From Okamejei kenojei (lineage: Eukaryota), in NCBI GenBank assembly GCA_035221665.1, contig CM069162.1:22940001-23004000 (forward strand): a DNA stretch of 64,000 bases. The letters run 5' to 3'. Shown one piece after another: positions 11,797-24,035 of this stretch (its first letter is position 1; every line of letters begins with the position of its first letter). The position numbers and the translations under genes were made by a program. A model generated the notes under the pieces. The model did no database searches. It saw only the letters and a list, made by a program, of their open reading frames with translations, and was not told where the DNA came from.

Positions 11797-11890
11797 AAGT
11801 CTGAAGAAGGGTCTCGACCCGAAACGTCACCTATTTCCTTCGCTCCATAGATGCTGCCTCACCCGCTAAGTTTCTCCAGGATTTTTGTCA
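11797..11890 (+). mobile_element. Penelope-derived short element nested in the Rex1-type LINE, 11-bp TSD
   Basis: ccctgaacctg duplicated at 11786-11796 and 11891-11901. Confidence 0.85.
11798..11831 (+). ncRNA. Minimal type I hammerhead ribozyme motif (intact core)
   Basis: agt-CTGAAGA-A-GGGT(CTCG)ACCC-GAAA-CG-TC-acc; predicted cleavage after 11828; helix I only about 2 bp, helix III palindromic ACGT. Confidence 0.7.
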
Positions 11891-11964
11891 CCCTGAACCT
11901 GGAGATGTGCGTTTTCACTTTATATACCTTTTGCCCGATGGGAGAGAGGAGCAGAGGGAGTTGC

Positions 11965-12100
11965 CAGGTCCGCGAAGGGTCCTGGCCTGAAATGTTGCCT
12001 GTCTATTCCCTCCGCAGATGCTGCCTGACCTACTGAGTTTCTCCAGTACTTTGTGGTTTGCTCAGGATTCCAGCATTTTGCAATTTCTTGTATCTCCACC
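11965..12100 (+). mobile_element. Divergent Penelope-derived element (second subfamily)
   Basis: caggt-ccgcgaagggtcctggcctgaaatgtt-gcctg, then agatgctgcctgacc...ccagcattttgcaatttc. Confidence 0.7.
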
Positions 12101-12651
12101 AAAATAAGTTATTCAGTCCATCCAACCCGAGCTAGCTACAAAAAGGTCGTCCAGTTGTCCCTCTCCCCCCTTACTCTTCGTAGCCCAGCTGTGGATACTT
12201 TCCCTTTACAAGGAGTTGCCCAGTTTTAAGTGTTGCTGTTGAATCTGTCCTCCAGTAACACTGAAGGACTCGAATAAAGGATAGAGCAGAGGAGGACCCG
12301 GCTCTGAGAGCTTCTAACCACGGTCCTTAGCTCAGCTTATAGCCACTTAAATGCTCGTCGCAGGGGATGGAATGAACCCGGGTAAAAATCAGAAAAGGAA
12401 GGGAGAAAATGGCAGAGGAAATAAAGATGAACAAGCAGCTGGCAGTGTGTTTAAAGCTATTTCAATGTTGGGTTTTGCTCTTGGGGCTTGGGTTACAATC
12501 AGAAGCAGTTGATTGAATTGCTGCTCTGCAGTTCTCTGGCAACCAGCAATTACTCCCCAGGCTCTCATTACCATCCCCACTTACTACTTAATGCCACAAC
12601 TGGGAGAAAGGTTGCTGCAGAACGGGAACAGCTTCATCGCAGTAATTACTG

Positions 12652-13082
12652 CGGGTGAACCGGGAACCAGAGGACATCAGTTTAAGGTGAGAGGGGAAAA
12701 GATTTAATAAGAATCCGAGGGGCAACCTGTTCACACGGAAGGTGGTGGACATCTGGAATGAGCTATCGGAGGAGGTAGTTGAAGCAGAAACTATAACAAC
12801 ATTTAAAAGGCATTTGGACAGGTACATGGAGAGGACAGGTTTAGAGGGATATGGGCCAAATGCGGGCAGGGCTAGTTCAGATAGAATCATAGCGATACAG
12901 TGTGGAAACAGGCCCTTCGGCCCAACTTGCCCACACCGGCCAACATGTCCCAGCTACATTAGTCTCACCTGCCCGCATTTGGTCCATATCACTCCACTCC
13001 ATGTCTATCCATGGGGCATCTTGGTTGGCATGGGCAAGCTGGGCCGAAGGGCCTGTTTCCGTGCTGGATGACTCTATGACTA
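12652..13082 (+). mobile_element. CR1 3' fragment with an inverted tail piece nested inside (about 12885-12990)
   Basis: GTRGHQFKVRG...IWNELSEEVVEA motif; tail atgactctatgact. Confidence 0.85.
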
Positions 13083-13356
13083 CAAAGGGGAAGTTGCAAG
13101 GTTTGTGTACACAGGGTTTATATTCAGATGTCAGTGACAGTAGATGAGGTGAACGCAGGAAACATGCCTTCCCACTCTTTCACTTCCCTCTGCCTCCTTG
13201 ATGGTGCCAACAACGGGGCGCACTTCAGCTGATACCAGCTGCCTCTGGACACCCTCACAAGGAAAGAGTCAAATCTGGGCCCAGAACACTCTAGTGAAGC
13301 CATCCATTTCACCCTGCCCTCACTGAATTAGAAACATCTAAGGCATATTCAGCTCA

Positions 13357-13915
13357 TTGTGTCCATTCAGTATTGTGAGCAACTTTGGGCCCCATATCTG
13401 AGGAAGGATGTGCTGGCTCTGGAGAGGGTCCAGAGGAGGTTTACAAGAATGATCCCAGGAATGAGTGGGTTAACATGTGATGAGCGTTTGACGGCACTGG
13501 CCCTGTACTTGCTGGAGTTTAGAAGAACGAGGAGGGGACCTCATTGAAACATACCGAACAGTGAACGGCTTGGATAGAGTGGATGTGGAGAGGATGTTTC
13601 CACTAGTGGGAGAGCCTAGGTTCAGAAGTCATAGCCTCAGAATCAAAGGATATTCCTTTAGGAAGGGGATGAGGAGGAATATCTTTAGTGGTGGTGAATC
13701 TGTGGAATTCTTTGTCACAGAAGGCTGTGGAGGCCAAGTCAATGGGTACTTTTAAAGCAGAGATAGATTCTTGATTAGTACGAGTGTCAGGGGTTACGGG
13801 GAGAAGGCAGGAGAATGGGGTTAGGAGGGAGAGATAGATCAGCCATGATTGAATGGCGGAGTAGACTTGATGTGCCGAATGGCCTAATTCTGCTCCCATC
13901 ACTTAGACATTATGA
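13357..13915 (+). mobile_element. CR1 3' fragment
   Basis: YCEQLWAPYLRKDVLALERVQRRFTRMIPG. Confidence 0.9.
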
Positions 13916-14337
13916 CCACAGAGATCCAAACAGGATGATTTACATTGACCCCACTCCAGCAGTTCTAGCCCTTTGGGTCACAGCTCATCAAGACACCATG
14001 TAAATGTGTTGAGGGCCAGTGCCTCTGTCACACTTCAGGTGGAGAGTTTCACATTTCTGCCTCTGGTTGAGTGAGATAATGTTTTCTCAGTTCCCCTATA
14101 ATCTTTCTGTCAATTGAAAACCTGCACAGCCAACTAATTTCCTCTCTGCGAAGGGGAAAAAGCCCACCCTGCTCTTTCAAAACCTCTCCTAGTTTTAGAC
14201 ATCTCTATGAACTATTTGCTTCGTCTATCCCCATTCCAAATAGAGCAAAAACCACCCATTCTGCCTCTCCTCTAACGATAACTCAGCAGCTCTGCGACCC
14301 TCATAAATCAGCTCTGTTCCCTCTGCCATACTGTCAG

Positions 14338-14632
14338 GTTTAGTTTAGTTTAGTTTGTATATACAAGCCCTTCGGCCCACTGAGTCCATGCTGACCAACG
14401 ATCCCCGTGCACTAGCACTATCCTACACATTGGGGACACTTTACAATTTTAGCCGAAGCCAATTAACCTACAAAACATATAGGTTTTTTTAATGTGGGAG
14501 GAAGCCAGAGCACCCAAGGAAATCCCACACGATCACGAGGGGAACATGCAAACTCCGTACAGACAGCACCCATAGTCAGGCCGGGTTTCTGGCGCTGTAA
14601 GGCACCAACTCTACTGCAGGGTCACCGTGCCA
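14338..14632 (-). mobile_element. HE1-type V-SINE
   Basis: (gttta)n tail on the plus strand, V core, degraded head. Confidence 0.85.
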
Positions 14633-14922
14633 TTCTCGCAGTAGTGAGGTGGCCAGTACTGTATGCATTACTCCAGGTGTAGGCTCACTGGTGTTTTATA
14701 AAGACCAGCATAAACTCTCTATATTTGTATCCGAAGTCTTGGCAAATAAATCCAAATGTCACGTAAACCTCAATCACTTAATCCATTTGTCCCATTGCCT
14801 TCATGGATCTGGTGTGCATACGTGCACTCGATCTATCGGGGGTGAGTCTGGATGATATCCCTTTTCCGTCTCCCACCTCTGCACTCTTTTTTATCAAATT
14901 ACTCCAGGAACTTCCACTATCA

Positions 14923-15222
14923 GGGGCAGCATGGTGGTGTAGCGGTTGTTGCTGCCTCACAGCGCCAGAGACCCAGGTTGGATGTTGACTGTACGAAGTG
15001 GGTGCTGTCTGTACGAAATTTGCACATTGTTCCTGAGACCACCTGGGTTTTTTCCGCGTGCCCTGGCTTCCTCCCACACTCCACAGACGTACAGGTTTGT
15101 AGATTAATTTGGCTTCTGTAAAAATGGTAAATTGCTCGTAGCGTGTAGGTTAGTGCTAGTCGGCACCGACTTGGCGGGCCGAAGGGCCTGTTTCAGCGCT
15201 GTATCTCTGAACAAAACTAAAC
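14923..15222 (+). mobile_element. HE1-type V-SINE
   Basis: gggcagcatggtggtgtagcgg head; gggccgaagggcctgtttc tail. Confidence 0.9.
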
Positions 15223-15750
15223 CTCAACTACTTCCCTGAGAGCTGAAGACTTATTTGCAATAGGAAGTGGGACATCCCTGAATAATACAACCTAGAACCA
15301 CAATGTGCAACTACTTTAATTAACCTGTCTACACAAAATATACTTCGAAGCGGCTGTCCACCATGGCCTTGTGGAGAGGCAGCATCATCTGGTGCCATGG
15401 GAAGCCTCACTGATCTGTGTAGCGGCAGGGTGGGCATGAGTTGAGGAACCCTGGGTTCAGAATCACTGGATGTAGTAATCGGTGGTTTAATTCCGCAAAT
15501 CGTCCCGCAAATCAAATTTACATGTCTGCCTGAGCATACATATGCGGGGGATGTGAAGAGGAAAAGCTTTTCTAGGCAAAGTTATCGTGATCTGCAACTA
15601 GCTACCATTTGGGGGGGGGGGGGGGGGGGGGGTTGGAAATAGAGTTTGAAAGGGAAAACACATTGGCACAAGGGAAAATCATCTGCAGAGCGACAGGGAA
15701 AGAATGGGGGAATAGAACTGAAAGAATGCTCACCCAGGAGATGCAGAGGG

Positions 15751-16255
15751 AGTGCAGAGAAGGTTCACCAGACTGATTCCTGGGATGTCAGGACTGTCTT
15801 ATGAAGAAAGACTGGATAGACTCGGTTTATACTCTCTGGAATTTAGGAGATTAAGAGGGGATCTTATAGAAACTTACAAAATTCTTAAGGGGTTGGACAG
15901 GCTAGATGCAGGAAGATTGTTCCCGATGTTGGGGAAGTCCAGGACAAGGGGTCACAGCTTAAGGATAAGGGGGAAATCCTTTAAGACCGAGATGAGAAAG
16001 ACTTTCTTCACACAGAGAGTGGTGAGTCTCTGGAACTCTCTGCCACAGAGGGTAGTTGAGGCCAGTTCATTGGCTATATTTAAGAGTGAGTTGGATGTGG
16101 CCCTTGTGGCTAAGGGGATCAGGGGGTATGGAGAGAAGGCAGGTACGGGATACTGAGTTGGATGATCAGCCATGATCATATTGAATGGCGGTGCAGGCTC
16201 GAAGGGCTGAATGGCCTACTCCTGCACCTAATTTCTATGTTTCTATGTTTCTATG
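15751..16255 (+). mobile_element. Young CR1 3' fragment
   Basis: Uninterrupted 134-aa ORF2 C-terminus; tail atttctatgtttctatgtttctatg. Confidence 0.95.
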
Positions 16256-16351
16256 AGATAGCGCAGACGTATGTATGGGCCACATGGTTTCCAACTGTGT
16301 AATAATTGTTTTTGGGTGGTTGATCACCGCTGTGCTTAGATAGCAGCTTTT

Positions 16352-16615
16352 ACTTTAGACATAGGGCGTGGAAACAGGCCCTCTGAGTCCGCACCGACCA
16401 GCGATCACCCCGTACACTACCACTATCCAACAATTGTACCAAAGCCAATTAACCCACAAACCTGCACATCTACAGAGTGTGGGAGGAAACTGGAGCACCT
16501 GGAGAAAACGCATGCGATCACGGGTACAAACTCCATAGAGACAGCACCGAATCGAACCCAGGATCGTACCCAGATCTCTGGGAGCTGTAGGGCAGCAACT
16601 CTGCCGCTGTGCCAC
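16352..16615 (-). mobile_element. HE1-type V-SINE
   Basis: Matches the HE1 consensus seen elsewhere in the window. Confidence 0.85.
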
Positions 16616-17276
16616 ACAAACTGTGGAGATGTTTCAGGTTGATGTACACTGAGCTGAAATGTTAGCCCCTGTTTATTTTCTCCATCTGCCGATGCTTCCT
16701 GATTTGCAGAATATTCCCGGTAATTTCTGCAGATTGTGGGGAATTGCAGTGTGTGGAGTTCAATAGGAAAGGCACAGGAGGATGGATAGACATACTGGCT
16801 GGGAGAGCAGGGAAAGAACTTGAGCGATTCGGTACAAATTGCCCTTGCGACTGAGTGTTCCTGCTCAGAAAATGCCAAGAGCAAGAATAAAACATTTGCT
16901 CCACGGAGAAGTGATCTGTGTTACTGCAAATGAGCAGAGCGCAGTTTTCTGAACTCACTCACTAACCCCTGACAGAAAACTGCATATGCACTTGTCAAAC
17001 AACAATGAGTTTGGACTTCCTTATGATGGCATCCACAGTCAAACAAGCACTTAACCTTACTGCTCGAGTTCACACATTGAAGCAGGTACAGGAAATGAAC
17101 AAGGAAATGCTAAAAGAATAAATAGCCAGTTGATATTCCGGAGAGTGAATCACTGAAGTGCCATTGTGTCTCGGCAGGAGCAGGGCCGACACAGGCCAGT
17201 GTGGAACATCAGCTTCAGCAAACATCAGGTGAGCTGATTGAATTGCTTCTGAGATGCAATGGTCTGTCTGAATGGA

Positions 17277-17950
17277 ACTGCATCCCAGCGGGCATCTCGC
17301 TGGCACATATGCAGTCTCATCCTAGTGGGCATCAAGGTGGCACACATGCAGTCTCATCCTAGTGGGCATCAAGGTGGCACACATGCAGTCTCATCCCAGT
17401 GGGCATCAAGGTGGCACACATGCAGTCTCATCCTAGTGGGCATCAAGGTGGCACACATGCAGTCTCATCCTAGTGGGCATCAAGGTGACACACATGCAGT
17501 CTCATCATAGTGGGCATCAAGGTGGCACACATGCAGTCTCATCCTAGTGGGCATCAAGGTGGCACACATGCAGTCTCATCCTAGTGGGCATCAAGGTGGC
17601 ACATGTGCAGTCACATCCCAGCGGGCATCTCACTGGTACATGTAGTCACATGCCTGCAGGCCTCTCGCCGGCACACATGCAGTCACATCCCTGTGGGCAT
17701 TTCGCCGGCACACATGCAGTCTCATCCCAGAGGGCATCTCACTGGCACACTTGCTGGCTTAACCCACAATGTGGGTGAGAGGGAAACATGGATCAGCCAT
17801 GATGGAATGGTGGAGTAGACTTGATGGGCCGAATGGCCTAATTTTGCTCCTATAACTTATGAACTTATCCCTGCAAGCATCCCGCCGCCACACATGCAGT
17901 CACATCCCAGCGGGCATATCCCTGGCACATGTGCATTCACATCCCAGTGA
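17277..17950 (+). repeat. 37-bp minisatellite (cacacatgcagtctcatcctagtgggcatcaaggtgg)n, interrupted by a CR1 tail at about 17770-17865
   Basis: cacacatgca at 17341 and 17378; about 8 near-identical central units with diverged flanking units. Confidence 0.95.
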
Positions 17951-18143
17951 AATTCTCTCTGCTAAGAGTGTATTAGTAGAACCATCATTGGCATCAGTGC
18001 AAACACAAGTCAGCTGGAATGCCCCTGAATAAAGCAGAACTATGTCCCAGCAAAAGCTTCCCAGTTGGAATGTCACTGCATGTGGAAACATATCCCAGCA
18101 AGTTTGAACTGGATCAAGAGAGACTACATTTTGGGATGCATCT

Positions 18144-18335
18144 GTACAGTGCCAGATACCCGGATTCGATCCTGACTACAGGTGCTGTCTGCACTGAGTT
18201 TGTATGTTCTCCCCGTGACCTGCATGGGTTTTCTCCGGTTTCCTCCCACACTCCACAGGTTTGCAGGTCAATTGGCTTTGGTGAAATTGTAAATTGTCCT
18301 TAGTGTGTAGGATAGTGTCAGTGTGCGGTGGGCAC
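18144..18335 (+). mobile_element. Partial HE1-type V-SINE
   Basis: gattcgatcctgactacaggtgctgtctg...gtaaattgtccttagtgtgtagg. Confidence 0.85.
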
Positions 18336-19571
18336 GAATGTCACTGAGATAACTCGTTCGACAGGAAAATCTCTGGCAAGCGGCTCTTCGCAACAGGACT
18401 GCCAATGGCAAAATGGAACCACATCCTTGTAGGAACGTCACTGAATCAAGCAGGATCACGTCCAAGGAGGAGTGTCAGAGACACAGCCGGCAGGATCAGA
18501 ATGGACGGGGAAACGAGATATCCCGGGAGTCACTGGGGAAGTGGAGGCGTATTCCAGTGGGATGTGGAAGTCAACCCAGCCACTGGCTGCAGTGGGTCGT
18601 TATCACACAGACCATTACTGCCACTGGAGAAAACACCTCCCAGAATGAGTCAATGGCACAAGGGGCCATGTTGCAGCAGCACAGAGGTTAATGTGTGGAA
18701 CAGTCACGAGGCAGGAACCATATTCCAGCAGGTCCAACCAGGATCAAAACGTCAGGAGGAAACACCAGCTTCAGAAGAATGGAGCAACCAGTTGGGAATA
18801 AAACAAAACATCTTGGAGCAATAACATTCTTTAAGACCTGACTCTCAGCTTGTTATACAGCTTGTTTTTCAGCTAACTCCACGGACTGCATTGAGACTCA
18901 AAACCTGAAGTTGTTTGTACAGTGAAAGATTTAATGACCATCCCAGAAAGCAAAAACATAAGCTTTAAAGTATTTTTTATTTAATCTGTTTGGGGAGGAA
19001 TCACCATCAGAACAGTTGATTATTGAATGATCAGCTTGTTCAGTACTTCATGTCCTTGGCAGCTTTTAAATGGGATTCATTTGCCCAAAGCAATTTAACC
19101 ATCATCATGTGGGACATGGGTTATTTTTGCTAATTGAATTAAAAACGCAAGTTATTGGCTGAGATTGTAATCGGGTTTGACTGCTGCTTCATGCGTGGCC
19201 CAGCGAGGAGCTGAGCGGGCAGAGCTGGAACGGTCCGTCCATGCTTGTTAGCATGTCTCTCTCTGCAGGGGAACAAGACCTACATTTGGTCCTGGAAGGG
19301 GGAAAGAACATCACCATCTCCCTTGGTTTATGGTGCAACACACAGTGTGTGTGTGTGTGTGTGTGTCCGTATGTGTATATAGTCCCAGGGCAAGGGCAGC
19401 GTCAAATTCAACGGCAGCTTCCCTTACAGTTGTGGTTCGCATAAATTTGCTAGGTTTAGGTGCAAGAATAGCGTCAAGAAAGTATGCGATAGGCATTGCC
19501 CAGTCCTTGTGGAACCATTGACCAGGCAGCAAGCAATATCTGCTGAGGAAAGGAATAATGAAGAAACTGAT

Positions 19572-19766
19572 AGACAAATAGACTCAAACGCTGGAGTAAC
19601 TCGGTGGGTTAGGTAGCATCTCTGGAGAATGTTTGAAGAAAGATTCCGACCCTAAAAAAGTCACCTTTATGTTTTCCCTGGAGATGCTGCCTGACCCGCT
19701 GAGTTACTCCAGTATTTTTGTGTCTATCTTTGGGATGAACCAGCATTTGTAGTTCCTTCCTACACG
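19572..19766. mobile_element. Penelope-derived inverted pair with 14-bp TSD
   Basis: atgaaga(a/c)actgat at 19558-19571 and 19767-19780. Confidence 0.85.
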
Positions 19767-19959
19767 ATGAAGACACTGATCTGATTCAGATTAGTATGTG
19801 GTCATATACACCAGGGTGAAATTCTTTGTCCGCATGAAACTCACAGAGTAAACAGTGGCGATAAATAATACAATAAATACGACAAATGCAAATCAGCAGA
19901 ATGGCGCAAGATTGGAGTGCAAATCTGAGTTAGTTTTCATTAGCTCAGGAGATACCCAT

Positions 19960-20140
19960 GCACATCAGATGCCACTGAGTACTTTTCAACAGTGGTTACT
20001 CTTGTAGGATTGAAACAGTTAATTCAGAACACCAAGATTCCATAGATTGTATTGGGGATGATCAAATAATACACTTTAGTGACTTTGTTTCGGGGCACAT
20101 ATTGATCAAGGCACCAGAGAGAGCCTCACTGTTCATATTC
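19960..20140 (-). mobile_element. Old Deu-domain SINE (SacSINE1-like) fragment
   Basis: Reverse complement resembles the Deu core (tctctggtgccttgatcaatat...attatttgatcat) also seen at 56222-56630. Confidence 0.5.
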
Positions 20141-20158
20141 ACAACAGAAACATTGGGC

Positions 20159-20437
20159 CTTAGTTTAGTTTAGAGATACAGCGTGGAAAATGGCCCTTCG
20201 GCCCACCGAGTCCGTGCCGACCAGTGATCACCCGCACACTAGTTCAATCCTACACACTACGGACAACTTACAGAAGCCAATTAACCTACAACCCGCACGT
20301 CTTTGGAATGTGGGAAGAAACCAGACCACCCAGAGAAAACCAAAGCGGTCCCAGGGAGGACGTGCAGACTTCGTACAGACAGCACCCGTGGTCAGGATCG
20401 AACTCGGGTCTCTGGCTCTGTAAGGCAGCAAATCTGC
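20159..20437 (-). mobile_element. HE1-type V-SINE
   Basis: ttagtttagtttagagatacagcgtgg...caggatcgaactcgggtctctgg. Confidence 0.9.
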
Positions 20438-20745
20438 CGACCTGTATATCTCCTGGAGGGGTTGACGGGGCCTTGGCCTAACAACCCATAATGAGAGATC
20501 AACAGCGTCTTAAATTAACTGGACCACGGAAGGTGCGACATTTATACACGGCATAGTTTAGTACAATCAGTAGCTCACTGGAGGTGCCTGAAGGCAGATG
20601 CAGGTTTGCATCTGCTGTGTTAATAGGCAATGAGCAGTGGGGAGTCGTTAAAGTACAGCTCAGACCGTACCCATCTGGATATTTTTAATTGACTTTATCC
20701 AAATCTCTTTAGTGCACTGCCCAAACACTGATGATTCCCCTGCAG

Positions 20746-20923
20746 ACTTTTAAAGCAGGGATTGACAGATTCTTGATTAGTTTGGGTGTCCAGGATTATG
20801 GGGAGAAGGCAGGAGAATGGGGTTGAGAGGGAAAGATAGATCAGCTATGATTGAATGGCAGAGTAGACTTGATGGGCCGAATGGCCTAATTCTTGAACAT
20901 GTTATGAACTACTTATGAACATG
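20746..20923 (+). mobile_element. CR1 3' tail
   Basis: gggagaaggcaggagaatgggg...gggccgaatggcctaattc, ttatgaac tail. Confidence 0.85.
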
Positions 20924-20968
20924 AACAGACAGGGGCTATGATGCATGATCAGAAACCTGAAATACTAG

Positions 20969-20972
<4 letters not shown>

Positions 20973-21016
<44 letters not shown>
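20973..21016. repeat. (TC)n microsatellite
   Basis: About 22 TC units. Confidence 0.95.
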
Positions 21017-21018
<2 letters not shown>

Positions 21019-21508
21019 ATGTTAACTGATGTGCTGGTTAGTTCTGGCATTTTCTGTTTAGATATTGTATGAGTATATCCTGTAATTAGTAGAAAATGTT
21101 TCAGACTATTGACACTATCAACCAGCATGCAAATAAGCACCATGCTAATGCTGGGCTCCATGAAGTGCCCTCTTGCAGTTGTCCCCCACAGCTCACTGAA
21201 GTAATAGAGAATTGAAGAAGGTCTTTGCGTTTCCCTTTGTACACAATGGAGACAGAAGCCATTGAACCTTGCAGGTTGTTTTCTTTGAGTTAAAGTTAAA
21301 TGAAGCGGCAGATCTGGGAGTAGGTGCTCTGTCTACCCAATGCACCTTGTGTATTGAACTATAGTTGGCAACATTGGCTGAGCGCAGTGGTAACTATTCC
21401 ACCTCCTTAAACATTTACTGTCTCCACCACCTGAGCACGGTGACCAGGGTGTACATCATTGAATGGATGTACAGCTGTGAATTTTCCAAGTCTTCTTTGA
21501 CTTCTTTT

Positions 21509-21800
21509 GGGACAGCACAGTGGCTCAGCGGTAGAGTTACTGACAGCGTCGGAGACCGGGGTTTGATCCTGACTATGGGTGCTGTCTGTACAGAGTTTGC
21601 ACGTTCTTCCTGTGACTGCGTGGGGTTTCTCTGGGTTACCTCTGATTTCCTCCCACACTCCAAAGCCATACAGGTTTGTAAGTTAATTGGCTTTGGTAAA
21701 ATTGTAAATTGTGTGTAGGTTAGTGTACAGGGTAATTGCCGGTTGGTGCGGACTCGGTGGGCCTTAGGGCCTGTTTCAACTCTGTATCTCTAAAGTATAA
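21509..21800 (+). mobile_element. HE1-type V-SINE
   Basis: ggacagcacagtggctcagcggtagag head and V core. Confidence 0.9.
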
Positions 21801-22089
21801 AGAAAGCATCTCTCAAGCCCTCAACATCCACCACTGCACGGGCAGTAGATGAATGGCACCCCCACCATGTTCAAGCAGCCCCTTCATGCCACGTAGTGAT
21901 ATGCAATAGTCGCACCTTATCCAACACAACTGTGCGAGTGTTTACACTACACATGCTCAATGGTTCATGAAGGAGGCTTAACACCATCCGCTGAGAGTGA
22001 ATGAGAATAAATTTCAGCTTTGCCAAAGATATATCTATATCGTGAGAGTGACATTTCTAAAAACTGAATCCACATATTTTTTGGCTGAG

Positions 22090-22180
22090 GATAGACACAA
22101 AACGTTGGTGTAACTCAGCGAGTTAGGCAGCATCTGTGCAGAAAAGGAATGGGTGATGTTTCGGGTCGAGACCCTTCTTC
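22090..22180 (-). mobile_element. Penelope-derived short element
   Basis: Ends gggtgatgtttcgggtcgagacccttcttca (reverse of the hammerhead motif). Confidence 0.85.
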
Positions 22181-23494
22181 ATCTCTACGCTGTGTCAGAC
22201 TTCGGTAGCTCATCACTTTTACAATTGCACTACCATTCACCCTTGGAGACCTGGCCAGTTACACATGTACTACGAGAAGGTTTAACTCCCTGATATTCTC
22301 TTCCCTACTGTGGCGAAGAGCTTGCTGTGCACTTCTGACACCTCCCAGCGAAATGCCTGAGCACAATGAGGAGTCCATTGATAAGCTTTGCATTTGTATA
22401 TCAATGTGCTGAGCCACTGTGCTAGTTCATCACCTCCCCTTCCATAAGGGTGCATCCTAATGATAGACTGCACAACACTGAATGCTTAGGAAAGGTACGA
22501 GAGTTCAGCTTTCCTTGCCCAACATTAATCTGTACGGATTGCTTTGTGGGCTGGGTGGAGAGATGGGTGTGGCATGAATATAGACAATACAAAGCCATTT
22601 CTTTGAAAACAATATTTTAAAAAAAACGTGTAAATGACGACTGGTGGATTTAATTTGTCCCACTAATTGTTGACCGATGCTTTTACTGTTGCAAGCAACA
22701 CACTGGGGCACATTGAGAAACACTGGACCTTAAATCCTCCGTAGAAGAAAATACATAAACAGCACTATTGGATTTTATAGAGTACCGATTATTTACTCAA
22801 TCACCATGAGCAGTGAAATTCATCAGGTCTGTTTATATACTAGTAATAAAATCGCTAGAATTTAGTGTTCGCTTTATACTACCTCAGGGTTTCTTGGGCC
22901 CCATTTGTTTGCATTTAGTACAGTTGTGTCCCAGAGCTGTGCTAGTTGTTTCTGCTGTGAAACAAGGCGGTGTCACAGAGTCACCTGCTGCGGCCCGTCT
23001 GCCAGGCAAGGATTGCTACACAAGGTGCTAAGTGCACTGTTGCCACAACATGCTTCCCAGCTCCAAGCAACTGCAACAAATCCACTGCAGAATACATTTG
23101 CCGCTCCGCTGTGTGGGGTGGGAAATCAGAGCAGCCAGCATGTTCCCCAACCGGTTTGGAGGCTGCACACGGAAATCTGTGAAGCATTTAGCTTATTTAA
23201 CGTTTGCTGCTGTTGTATTGCCATAAGTTTGCTATTTTCCTCCCCCTCTTTTTGTTGCAGCTCCCAGAATCAAGCTCTGCAGTCATTAACCAGGTCCATT
23301 CATGAGGACAAGACATATGAGTGTAATACTACAGAGTTCATGTCTATATGGAGTGCCGCATTAAATACCGGCCACTGTTGGAATTAATATGCCTGTGCGT
23401 TTGCGTGTGCTTGTGCGTGTGCATATACATGTGTGTTTCAATGCATGTCCACATTGATAAATGCAGTGCGTTGGTGTCCATTTAGATGGATACA

Positions 23495-24035
23495 CCAATC
23501 TATTGTAGTTGGGTTGCATCTCAGATTCTTTTGGGAACAGCTCTGCAAAGAGTTGTGGATGTAGCTCAGTCCATCACACAGACCAGACTTCCCATCAACA
23601 CAATCAAAGACTTGTCCCTCCCCTGTCATTCCTTCTTCTCCCTGCTCCTGTACGGCAGAAGGAATGTAAGCTTGAAAGCACACGCTACCAGGCTCAGGAA
23701 CACTCCCTTCTCCTCTGATATCAGGCTCCATAAGCTGGGGTACAGTCCGATTCACTGTACTCCATTGAGGACAGTGGACTTTGTCTCTGGAACTGGTGCG
23801 CTACAATGCTGAGAACTATATTCTGCACTCTGTATCTCCCCCCTTTGCTCTACCTATTGTATTTGAGTTTGAACAGATTGATCCTCAGGAGTCAAGAGTG
23901 TTTTATCATCATATGACCCGGATAGAACAATGAAACTCTATGTGAAGTTTATATCTGATCTGTTTGGGTAGCATGCAAAATAAAGCTTTACACTGCATCT
24001 CAGTACATGTGCCAATAATAAACCTAAACCTAAAC
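23495..24035 (+). mobile_element. Rex1/Babar-type LINE 3' fragment
   Basis: LQRVVDVAQSITQTRLP...FSLLLYGRR..SLKAHATRLRN; taataaacctaaacctaaac tail. Confidence 0.8.

Larger units (their letters stand above)
11510..11958 (-). mobile_element. Rex1/Babar-type LINE 3' end
   Basis: Reverse strand encodes an RFRDSFFPAVIRQLN-type ORF end, then a 3' UTR ending tgacaataaactaaa. Confidence 0.75.

Noticed and set aside
15610-15632. Long G tracts (also near 313, 48029, 49909, 52194) as functional G-quadruplexes
   Set aside because: Simple homopolymers, mostly within or next to repeats; lengths are unreliable in assemblies.
17277-17750. CRISPR-like array of 37-bp repeats
   Set aside because: Units are head-to-tail with no unique spacers, no cas genes, eukaryotic context; it is a minisatellite.
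22905-23387. 160-aa ORF and strong acceptor at 23260
   Set aside because: No recognisable domain and no convincing donor; cannot support an exon.
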